A stretch of DNA of 64,000 nt, from positions 96,001 to 160,000 of the IMG/VR virus record IMGVR_UViG_3300021440_000014. One strand, given 5' to 3'. The notes under the pieces are model-generated. The model saw only the letters and a list, made by a program, of their open reading frames with translations, was not told the origin of the DNA and made no database searches. Below are positions 47,742 through 54,203 of this stretch, in pieces. Positions within the stretch are counted from its first letter, which is position 1. The number at the start of each line of letters is the position of its first letter. Both the position numbers and the translations under genes were made by a program. The DNA is from a virus.

Positions 47742-47852
47742 TAAATAGTTCCACTCTTCTTCAAATTTTTGAGAGAACTCTTTTGGTATTTTTATATTGC
47801 GTTTAGCTGTGTCATATTTTCTTACTCCTGTTTTTTTTTGTTTTTACTAAAT

Positions 47853-47940
47853 TGGTGGTGCCGGTTGGATCTGCCCCAACTATTCCATAAGAATTACGAG
47901 ATTTACAGTCTCGCGCCTGATCTAATTTGGCTTCGTCACC
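47853..47940 (-). tRNA. tRNA-Tyr(GTA)
   Basis: CT-GTA-AA, long variable arm, ACCA. Confidence 0.85.
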
Positions 47941-48275
47941 TTAAAATAAATTCGAACAAGAAACCCCTCTGATGTCCATAGGCGTAATGTCACATACTCA
48001 TTTCTTGTTCTCAACACTTAACTTCTCCATTCTTACTCCCGCCACTTCAGTTTGGCCCTATTTAAGTGTTTTAAATTACTTGGAAATCTAAATGCATTTT
48101 AAAGGATACTTTTAGTTCCGTAGGTATCCAACCATCTAATACTTTAATTTGAGATAAAGAATACGTTGTATAAAAAACTTCTCCATAAGTTAGAAAAGAT
48201 TTGTCTTCCACTATTTTTCCTGTTAAAGTTTTGAATTTATTGTCTTTTTTTAGAGTATACCACATATTTTTAAAA

Positions 48276-48343
48276 TGGAGCCACACACGATATCGCAATC
48301 GTCACGCCTTATTACGAGTAAGGACTAGGTGCTTACGTGCGGC
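48276..48343 (-). tRNA. tRNA-Thr(CGT), 68 nt with reduced D arm
   Basis: GCCGCAC/GTGTGGC-TCCA, CCTTA-CTCGTAA-TAAGG. Confidence 0.7.
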
Positions 48344-48409
48344 AGAAGAGGATCTGAAAATTAATTCAGTTTACAATGATTGGACCCATGTTTTCTTGAC
48401 CTCTTTAAA

Positions 48410-48485
48410 TGGCGAGCTATGAGGGAGTCCCACCCTCTTAATTTCCGCAGACAACGGAATGATTCCAGTCTTCATCTTATAGCCC
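48410..48485 (-). tRNA. tRNA-Asp(GTC)
   Basis: TTCCG-TTGTCTG-CGGAA, GCCA. Confidence 0.8.
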
Positions 48486-48503
48486 ATAAATTTTATTACT
48501 TAA

Positions 48504-48710
48504 CTAACTAATCTCAAGTGTTTTAAAGTCATAAAAACAAAATGTAACGTCTTTAACCTCATCAATAGACGTTAGATGATGATAAAACCTTTTATCTGAT
48601 TCTTTTGATTTTTCTCTTACATAATTTAGATGAAAGACCTTTCCGCATACGGTATATATTTCCGTAACTAAATCTTCTCTCCATATTATGTTTTTAACTT
48701 CATACTTCAT
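48504..48710 (-). CDS. hypothetical protein
   Basis: 68-aa ORF. Confidence 0.55.
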   Translation of the reverse strand: MKYEVKNIIWREDLVTEIYTVCGKVFHLNYVREKSKESDKRFYHHLTSIDEVKDVTFCFYDFKTLEIS

Positions 48711-48791
48711 ACATATTAGATTATCTAATCGCTTTTTGCCTCACGTTATTGTTAACGTCTATATCCATTCGCGTTTTGGATTCGATGTAAA

Positions 48792-49097
48792 TTATTCTTT
48801 ATCTAAAATAAAACTCTCTTCTTCGTTTTTACCAACAAACTCAATACAATCATTCAGTAATTCAATTAGTTGCTCTTTCTTAAGCTTTAATGTAACCCAT
48901 CCATTCAAATGTTTTGTATCTATGGCTAATACTGTTATTTTACAGCCGTCTTGCTCTTCGAAATCTAATAAAGCCGCCGTTACGAATCCAGATAAACCAA
49001 AGCTTTTAGAATTTTTATTAAATAATAAACCCATTCCTCTCAATTGCTCGAAGCTCTCAAAAGAGTTGATTATATCTGATATTTTCTTTTTTTTCAT
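48792..49097 (-). CDS. hypothetical protein
   Basis: 101-aa ORF. Confidence 0.65.
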   Translation of the reverse strand: MKKKKISDIINSFESFEQLRGMGLLFNKNSKSFGLSGFVTAALLDFEEQDGCKITVLAIDTKHLNGWVTLKLKKEQLIELLNDCIEFVGKNEEESFILDKE

Positions 49098-49131
49098 GTA
49101 AAAGATTACTACATTTTTTTAAAAAAATCAA

Positions 49132-49233
49132 GAGGATTTCACACGTAGTTCCTAATTCAGCGTCCGGTTACGCTCCGAATCTTCTGAGCCGCGCCAGCTT
49201 GCTTCTATCACAACCCGCTAGTTAGTCTATCTC
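49132..49233 (-). ncRNA. AUAGAC...GUGAAAUC motif RNA, copy 2
   Basis: GAG-ATAGACT...GGAAC...GTGAAATC-CTC; internal T-arm variant TCGG-AGCGTAA-CCGG. Confidence 0.55.
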
Positions 49234-49374
49234 TCATTTCTAGAAATATTCCTGCGCTGTTTTTACGCCGACAGGTAGCGGCTTGGGATCACTTCTACCA
49301 AGCTCATGGACTTCATGAATATTACATTGTCCACTTTTTCAACCGATTTCACGGTTAAGATTTTTAAATTCTAT

Positions 49375-49433
49375 TAGACAGATGGACCTCGAACCCATTT
49401 CGACACATATCGAACAGCCAGCCTTGCTGTCTA
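49375..49433 (-). ncRNA. mini tRNA-like RNA (59 nt)
   Basis: TAGACAG/CTGTCTA, ATGGG-TTCGAGG-TCCAT T arm, 6-nt-loop hairpin. Confidence 0.5.
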
Positions 49434-49500
49434 AAATTAATTTGCTCCTCAGTGCTTGCTTTTGCACGTTGCCGCTTTTGACTTGGAGCATTTAGCTAAA

Positions 49501-49587
49501 TGGCGGATAAGTTAGGTGCTGCCCCCAATTCCCGTAGGAACGATGAGTTTTCAAGACTCTCACGAAAGCTGTTTCGTTTACTTATCC
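49501..49587 (-). tRNA. tRNA-Ser(TGA)
   Basis: CT-TGA-AA, variable arm, GCCA. Confidence 0.8.
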
Positions 49588-50342
49588 TTTAAAATTTTAT
49601 ATCTTTTTTGCCAAAAGCCGGGATAAAACCATTTTATACCAAGACTTTTTAAATGCTTTCTTAATCCTGTATGGCTACAACCTAATTCATCCTTTATTTT
49701 TTCCAAGGATTTTTCTTGAACCATTTTTTCTAAAATTTCCTTATCTGGCCAATTAATAATCTTTTGAATTTTACGAGTCTCTATCCCTTCGGCTATTAAT
49801 CTTTTCATAACTCCAGAAGGAGAACATCCAACAATTTTCGCAATTTGTATGGTAGATTTCTTTTGTATTAAATATAAATCTTTAAGATCAAATTTAGACC
49901 AATCGTATTTGCCTTTCAAACTCAAAGCGCAAAACGTAGAACAAGTTTTATTCCAAAAAGGTTTTTCTTTATTACAAATAGGACAATTATTTATCATTGA
50001 CTTAGATTTATCAATTAATTCTATCCTTTTGTAGTCTACAAAAGATTCATTAAATCTACTTATGGAATCTGGAATAATTCTTAAATTATCGTGGACTTCT
50101 CTATGACAATTAGAACATAATAATACGCATTTTCTTAATTCTATTACTAAATCTTGCCAATTTTTAGGGTTTGCTCTTATAGAACCAAAGCTAAACTCTT
50201 TTTCGCTGGGATCTAAATGATGTAGTTCTAATGCGTTATTACATTTATTATAATCACAAGTTCCGCATTTACCGCCAAATGCATCTATTATTCTTTGTTT
50301 GCTTCTTTTACGCCAATTTTTAACATCTTCCGCTCTGCTCAT
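49578..50342 (-). CDS. HNH endonuclease with C-terminal HTH repeats
   Basis: GGKCxxC, LELHHLDP, CVLLCSNCHREVH; inside the tRNA cluster. Confidence 0.85.
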   Translation of the reverse strand: MSRAEDVKNWRKRSKQRIIDAFGGKCGTCDYNKCNNALELHHLDPSEKEFSFGSIRANPKNWQDLVIELRKCVLLCSNCHREVHDNLRIIPDSISRFNESFVDYKRIELIDKSKSMINNCPICNKEKPFWNKTCSTFCALSLKGKYDWSKFDLKDLYLIQKKSTIQIAKIVGCSPSGVMKRLIAEGIETRKIQKIINWPDKEILEKMVQEKSLEKIKDELGCSHTGLRKHLKSLGIKWFYPGFWQKRYKILKDK

Positions 50343-50378
50343 ACTTTATGTTACACTTATCATGTAACATATAGAAAT

Positions 50379-50454
50379 TGGCTGCTAGAACTGGATTCAA
50401 ACCAGTATCGACGATCTTAACAGGATCGGGAATTATCAATTATTCGATCTAGCA
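50379..50454 (-). tRNA. tRNA-Asn(GTT)
   Basis: CGATC-CTGTTAA-GATCG, GCCA. Confidence 0.85.
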
Positions 50455-50461
50455 TTTAAAT

Positions 50462-50541
50462 TGGTGCAAGTGGTGGGTAACGCTCCCACACGAATAGTCT
50501 GGTTAAAAGCCAGTTGGACGTACTTTGGTACCTTCACTTGC
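50462..50541 (-). tRNA. tRNA-Lys(TTT)
   Basis: CT-TTT-AA, ACCA. Confidence 0.75.
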
Positions 50542-50610
50542 ATAAATAACATGAATGTTTTGAAGTCCGTCTAAACTTCGTCGGACGGGACACATTATCA
50601 TTCACTAAAA

Positions 50611-50684
50611 TGGTAGCCTATGCCGGTAACGCTCCGACGAAGCAATCTTATCAGGATTGTATTATACTTTTTAATTAATAGGCT
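50611..50684 (-). tRNA. tRNA-Ile(GAT)
   Basis: CAATC-CTGATAA-GATTG, ACCA. Confidence 0.85.
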
Positions 50685-50798
50685 ATAAAAATTAATTGAG
50701 CACTAAAGCGAATACCCAAAAGGTCTAACTTTAGAATATTCAATTGGAGAGACTCGTCCTTCATTAGCCGCCGCCTTCGATGGGCACGTTGCTCAAAT

Positions 50799-50884
50799 TG
50801 GTAGCCGTAAAAGGACTTGCACCTTCAAGTATTAGAAGATTTTAAGTCTCCCGGTTCTTCGTTTCCCTTTCAATACATACGGCC
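50799..50884 (-). tRNA. non-canonical tRNA-Leu(TAA)
   Basis: CT-TAA-AA, ACCA; enlarged D region, short variable region. Confidence 0.7.
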
Positions 50885-50885
50885 A

Positions 50886-51092
50886 TTAAAGATCTAAAAG
50901 TTTCAAAGCTTTAAGAAGTAACTTACTTCCCTTTTTCTTTTTCTCTCTATCAGTCAGACTTTCTTTTAGTTTCGACTTAGGAAGATATTCGTCTCCAGCC
51001 CAATTATAAATTTTTGCCTTTTCCCAATTTGTAGCTTCTTCTTTTAATATTTCTATAACAATCTTTTTTATTTTAACTTCTAGTTGGTTCAT
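50886..51092 (-). CDS. hypothetical protein
   Basis: 68-aa ORF filling the gap between tRNAs. Confidence 0.55.
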   Translation of the reverse strand: MNQLEVKIKKIVIEILKEEATNWEKAKIYNWAGDEYLPKSKLKESLTDREKKKKGSKLLLKALKLLDL

Positions 51093-51096
51093 AAAA

Positions 51097-51180
51097 TGGT
51101 CGCCATGACAGGAATCGCACCTGCAAAACTTCAGTTTTTGAAACTGGATGCTGTCCTATTCGCAATTAAGTCACATGGCG
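51097..51180 (-). tRNA. non-canonical tRNA-Leu(CAA)
   Basis: TT-CAA-AA, ACCA; same architecture as Leu(TAA). Confidence 0.7.
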
Positions 51181-51187
51181 TTTTAAA

Positions 51188-51262
51188 TGGTAGGGTTAGC
51201 CGGATCTGCCCCGCGCCTCTATAGGATGAAAGCCTATTATGCTTCTACTGCACCATAACCCC
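51188..51262 (-). tRNA. tRNA-Glu(TTC)
   Basis: ATAGG-CTTTCAT-CCTAT, ACCA. Confidence 0.8.
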
Positions 51263-51270
51263 TGAAAAAC

Positions 51271-51390
51271 TAGATACATTTTTTTGCTTGTCGGACGTTT
51301 TGCCACTAAACTACCCACGTCAATGACGTGGACACGAATCGAACGTGCGCTTTCCGATTGGATTTGCTTTTTGTCTGCTGGATGTATCTA
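51271..51390 (-). ncRNA. YrlA-like Y RNA (module 5) with circularly permuted tRNA-like domain
   Basis: TAGATACAT/ATGTATCTA stem + CAGC; TCGGA/TCCGA; T arm TTCGATT; closed acceptor hairpin; D arm GTTT-AGTGGCA-AAAC. Confidence 0.8.
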
Positions 51391-51394
51391 AAAA

Positions 51395-51469
51395 TGGTAG
51401 CCCGTGAAGGAATCGCACCCTCTCTTCTTCCTTGTAAGGGAAGCTCGCTCCTGTTACAATCAACGGGCT
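51395..51469 (-). tRNA. tRNA-Val(TAC)
   Basis: CTTCC-CTTACAA-GGAAG, ACCA. Confidence 0.85.
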
Positions 51470-51474
51470 ATAAA

Positions 51475-51549
51475 TGGTCAGCACGAAAGGTAACGCTCCT
51501 TCTTGAACTTGATCCCAAATCAAGTGCCTCACTTTTAGGCTACGTGCTG
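51475..51549 (-). tRNA. tRNA-Pro(TGG)
   Basis: CTTGA-TTTGGGA-TCAAG, ACCA. Confidence 0.85.
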
Positions 51550-51694
51550 TATAAAGTTTCAGGTCTTTCCTTGTGTCAATCATCATCGGGTTGGTTTCCA
51601 ACTTACGGAGCGATTTGCCGCTAGATGTTCTAAATTATTAGAGTATGCAGCGATTATGCTATCATACCCTTCTAAGAGTTTTTATTACTCAAGA

Positions 51695-51766
51695 TGGTGG
51701 ACCTGTCGGATACTGCCTCCGAACGAAAATCTTGCAAGGATTCCCTTATGCCTTCATAACAAGCCC
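51695..51766 (-). tRNA. tRNA-Ala(TGC)
   Basis: G3-U70, CT-TGC-AA, ACCA. Confidence 0.8.
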
Positions 51767-51771
51767 ATAAA

Positions 51772-51984
51772 TTACTTATAACTATTTCCCAACTTCTCCC
51801 TCCAATTTTCATTATAATTTTGATGCGCTTCACATTGAGCTTTTGCTTGCTCTAAAGTGATAGCTGGCTGTTTTTTGACAGCCTCCATTGTATCAATTAA
51901 CCATTTAGGAGGAGGAGGAATCCTATTCATTAACTCTTTAAATCTTCTAAGATGTTTTCTTTTTCTTTTTTCGAAATTGATCAT
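51772..51984 (-). CDS. hypothetical protein
   Basis: 70-aa ORF. Confidence 0.55.
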   Translation of the reverse strand: MINFEKRKRKHLRRFKELMNRIPPPPKWLIDTMEAVKKQPAITLEQAKAQCEAHQNYNENWREKLGNSYK

Positions 51985-52074
51985 AAATTGTGGACTGGAA
52001 GGATACCCTAAATCCTTATTCTAGGCTTCGTAGGATTACTACGTCCTCGCTTTGGTGCAGCCCCATAAAAATTC

Positions 52075-52160
52075 GTTGGATTTCACTTTCGATGGCTCAA
52101 TTGATTTCGCGTTACTCCCGCGCACCATCTGCGTTCCCTGTAGCTCTCAGGTCTATCAAC
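52075..52160 (-). ncRNA. AUAGAC...GUGAAAUC motif RNA, copy 3
   Basis: GTTG-ATAGACC...GGGAAC...GTGAAATC-CAAC (covaried closing stem). Confidence 0.55.
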
Positions 52161-52180
52161 AAGAACAAAACCTACTTCGT

Positions 52181-52249
52181 CAACAAATTGGATTTGCGCC
52201 AACTTCCTCGGCGTTTGCCGATGCTTTACTACATAAGCTATTTATGTTG
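52181..52249 (-). ncRNA. tRNA-like RNA lacking an anticodon (4-nt loop)
   Basis: D arm GCTT/AAGC, TCGGC-AAAC-GCCGA, T arm GTTGG-CGCAAAT-CCAAT. Confidence 0.55.
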
Positions 52250-52341
52250 CCTTCTGTTTTTATTCTCTAAAATTGGTGGACCTTATCGCCGCCCTTGCGT
52301 CCGAATTTCACGGAGTCTCCCCGAAGGAAGTCCTTATTAAA

Positions 52342-52432
52342 TGGCGGAAGCATAGAGAATTGCACTCCAACCGGCTTTTGACCGGACAATTTTAGCAAAA
52401 TTGCGTAACAATCTAATATTTACCTTACTTCC
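52342..52432 (-). tRNA. tRNA-Ser(GCT)
   Basis: TT-GCT-AA, long variable arm, GCCA. Confidence 0.85.
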
Positions 52433-52442
52433 AATTAAATAA

Positions 52443-52529
52443 TGGAGCCAACGACAGGTATCGCGCCTGCATACACCTTTCGGTTCTCGCTTTACAAAAG
52501 CGGTGAATTACTTGTCTATCCACGTTGGC
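52443..52529 (-). tRNA. tRNA-Thr(TGT) with long variable arm
   Basis: GCCAACG/CGTTGGC-TCCA, TT-TGT-AA, ACC-GAAA-GGT extra arm. Confidence 0.75.
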
Positions 52530-52536
52530 ATCAAAT

Positions 52537-52618
52537 TGGTGCTCCAACCCCGACTTGCACAGGGACGCTTTCGCACGAAGTTCTAAGCTTCGCATGTCTT
52601 CTATTTCATCATTGGAGC
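52537..52618 (-). tRNA. tRNA-Leu(TAG)
   Basis: CGAAG-CTTAGAA-CTTCG, ACCA. Confidence 0.85.
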
Positions 52619-52625
52619 TAAAAAT

Positions 52626-52698
52626 TGGTTGCGGTCGCGAGAATTAAACTCGTCCTTAAGCTTATGAAACTTACGTGCAATCATTACACTTCCCCGCA
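52626..52698 (-). tRNA. tRNA CAT (fMet-like acceptor)
   Basis: TGCGG/CCGCA-ACCA, TT-CAT-AA. Confidence 0.7.
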
Positions 52699-52713
52699 TT
52701 TTAAAATTAAAGC

Positions 52714-52775
52714 TAGATAGTTGGGATTTTCAATTCCCTATTTTGTGAAAATAAATTTTATACTGCACCTATCTA
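52714..52775 (-). ncRNA. Y-RNA-like module 6
   Basis: TAGATAG-GTG-CAGT ... CTATCTA. Confidence 0.65.
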
Positions 52776-52788
52776 AACTATGAAAACC

Positions 52789-52846
52789 TAGATCCATTTT
52801 TTGTCATTTGAATAATGAGTTTTTTAATTTTTGCTGTTCGGATCTA
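52789..52846 (-). ncRNA. Y-RNA-like module 7
   Basis: TAGATCC-GAA-CAGCAA ... GGATCTA. Confidence 0.7.
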
Positions 52847-52851
52847 TAAAA

Positions 52852-52926
52852 TGGCCCGACAAGTTGGTAACGCTCCAACCTCCACTGTTCTTCAGACAGT
52901 TGCTAATCTATCTCAGCTATTGGCGG
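52852..52926 (-). tRNA. tRNA-Phe(GAA)
   Basis: ACTGT-CTGAAGA-ACAGT, GCCA. Confidence 0.8.
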
Positions 52927-52930
52927 AAAA

Positions 52931-53005
52931 TGGAGCACACGGAGGATTTTGAAACCTCGACGTTCACGTTGGAAGCGTGACATTCTGCCTCTGAATTACG
53001 TGTGC
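52931..53005 (-). tRNA. tRNA-Gly(TCC)
   Basis: Cloverleaf, CT-TCC-AA, TCCA. Confidence 0.9.
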
Positions 53006-53015
53006 TTAAATTGAC

Positions 53016-53065
53016 TAGATACGCTTTTTTCCATAAACAAGGATTTTGACTGCTGCACGTATCTA
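53016..53065 (-). ncRNA. Y-RNA-like module 8
   Basis: TAGATAC-GTG-CAGC ... GTATCTA. Confidence 0.7.
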
Positions 53066-53075
53066 AAAACTTTTC

Positions 53076-53444
53076 TTAAATATTTTTTGGCGTTCTGTGT
53101 GATAGTGTAAAAAAAGCTTTTCTCACCAAGCCTTCCCTTACTTCTACTTCACAAGTTCCAATAAACTCATAAGATTTATAACCTGATTGCGAAGATCCGT
53201 CAATATCTAAAAACGTCCCTTTCGCATAAATTTTTGTTAAACCTGTTTTTTTAGGATTTACAGTTACATTATAATTTGAACCATCAAAATTTGACGATAG
53301 TATTTCTATTACTTCTTCGTCTTCTACTGTCCAAATGGCATTCTCATTTTCATTAATGAAAACTATATCGTTTTCGGCTGTCATGAATTTTACTTGCAAA
53401 ACTGCCGTTTCATCCTTGGCGATTGTAAACTTTTGAATATCCAT
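53076..53444 (-). CDS. Ig-like domain protein (possible virion decoration)
   Basis: WTVEDxxV...V.PKKTG.T.I.A...C.V.V; GTGTAA motif upstream. Confidence 0.6.
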   Translation of the reverse strand: MDIQKFTIAKDETAVLQVKFMTAENDIVFINENENAIWTVEDEEVIEILSSNFDGSNYNVTVNPKKTGLTKIYAKGTFLDIDGSSQSGYKSYEFIGTCEVEVREGLVRKAFFTLSHRTPKNI

Positions 53445-53468
53445 GTAATATATTACACTTTAAATAAC

Positions 53469-53526
53469 TAGATACTTATTTTTCCTTTAACAGAGGAGTT
53501 TTTTTATTTTTTGCTGTTCGTATCTA
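53469..53526 (-). ncRNA. Y-RNA-like module 9 carrying an Asn anticodon stem-loop
   Basis: TAGATAC-GAA-CAGCAA ... TCCT-CTGTTAA-AGGA ... GTATCTA. Confidence 0.7.
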
Positions 53527-53529
53527 AAA

Positions 53530-53606
53530 TGGCACGGCGAACGAGAGTCGAACTCGTCTATTGCTGGTTTGGAATCAGTTGCTTCACTCTACTTAGCTAT
53601 CGCCGT
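53530..53606 (-). tRNA. tRNA-Trp(CCA)
   Basis: TT-CCA-AA, T loop TTCGACT, GCCA. Confidence 0.85.
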
Positions 53607-53613
53607 ATAAAAT

Positions 53614-53688
53614 TGGAGCGGGTAGCGGAATTTGCGTCCGCTTTGAAAAATTGGCAATTTCTCGTAATACTACATATACCATACCCGC
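53614..53688 (-). tRNA. tRNA-Gly(GCC)
   Basis: GCGGGTA/TACCCGC-TCCA, TT-GCC-AA. Confidence 0.85.
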
Positions 53689-53884
53689 ATAAAATCAAAT
53701 AAATTAAATGGAGATAAAAACCTCAACATCTATCCTTATGGATTAGGGTTTTTTAACCTTCGTTGGTAGCATTCTTATTCCTAAGATTACCGGCGTCTCC
53801 GCTTCCCTACGGCTCGCCTCTACGGTTTTGATAACGCTCAAAATTTCTAAAAGCAAAATTTAAACTCGTTCTTACTACTCTTCC

Positions 53885-53912
53885 ATCTTACCAAGTTTTT
53901 CGTTTTTGTCAA
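53885..53912 (-). promoter_or_regulatory. sigma70-type promoter heading the tRNA/ncRNA cluster
   Basis: TTGACA-N16-TAAGAT. Confidence 0.65.
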
Positions 53913-53933
53913 CTCTCTATTTTTCCAACAAAA

Positions 53934-53962
53934 AACCGCCCTTCTTTTCAGAAAAGGCGGTT
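53934..53962 (-). terminator. intrinsic terminator
   Basis: AACCGCC/GGCGGTT + T-run. Confidence 0.65.
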
Positions 53963-54203
53963 AATTCCCCACGAATTTCCCACCCTCCCTAGCAAAAATC
54001 TCCATTTGTCGCTTGGAGGCGACTTGCTTTAACGGACGGTTCTGAAACCCAATATCTCATATCTCTAATAGAATATACACTCTATTTTAAAAAATGTCAA
54101 ATATTTTTAAAACTTTCTTCTAAATTCGCTCTACCTTTATCAAGATATAGCAAAAAGGGGCAGTTTTTAGCTGCCTCCCGTTAATTATTTATTGTTTTCT
54201 AGA

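Noticed and set aside
51550-51694. Hammerhead ribozyme (CGATGA...GAAAC)
   Set aside because: Core deviates from CUGANGA and the three required stems could not be formed.
51320-52340. ORF-track calls 51320..51601, 51328..51624, 51990..52340, 52052..52270
   Set aside because: They overlap tRNA/ncRNA genes; spurious frames.
52801-52820. TTCAAA loop as an opal-suppressor/Sec anticodon, implying recoding
   Set aside because: The best stem does not give a YU-TCA-RA 7-nt loop; no tRNA with CTA, TTA or TCA anticodon was seen, and ORFs are intact in the standard code.
52714-53526. Repeated TAGATAC...GTATCTA units as a CRISPR array
   Set aside because: Units are self-complementary ends of variable elements, irregularly spaced among tRNAs; no constant direct repeat/spacer period and no cas genes.
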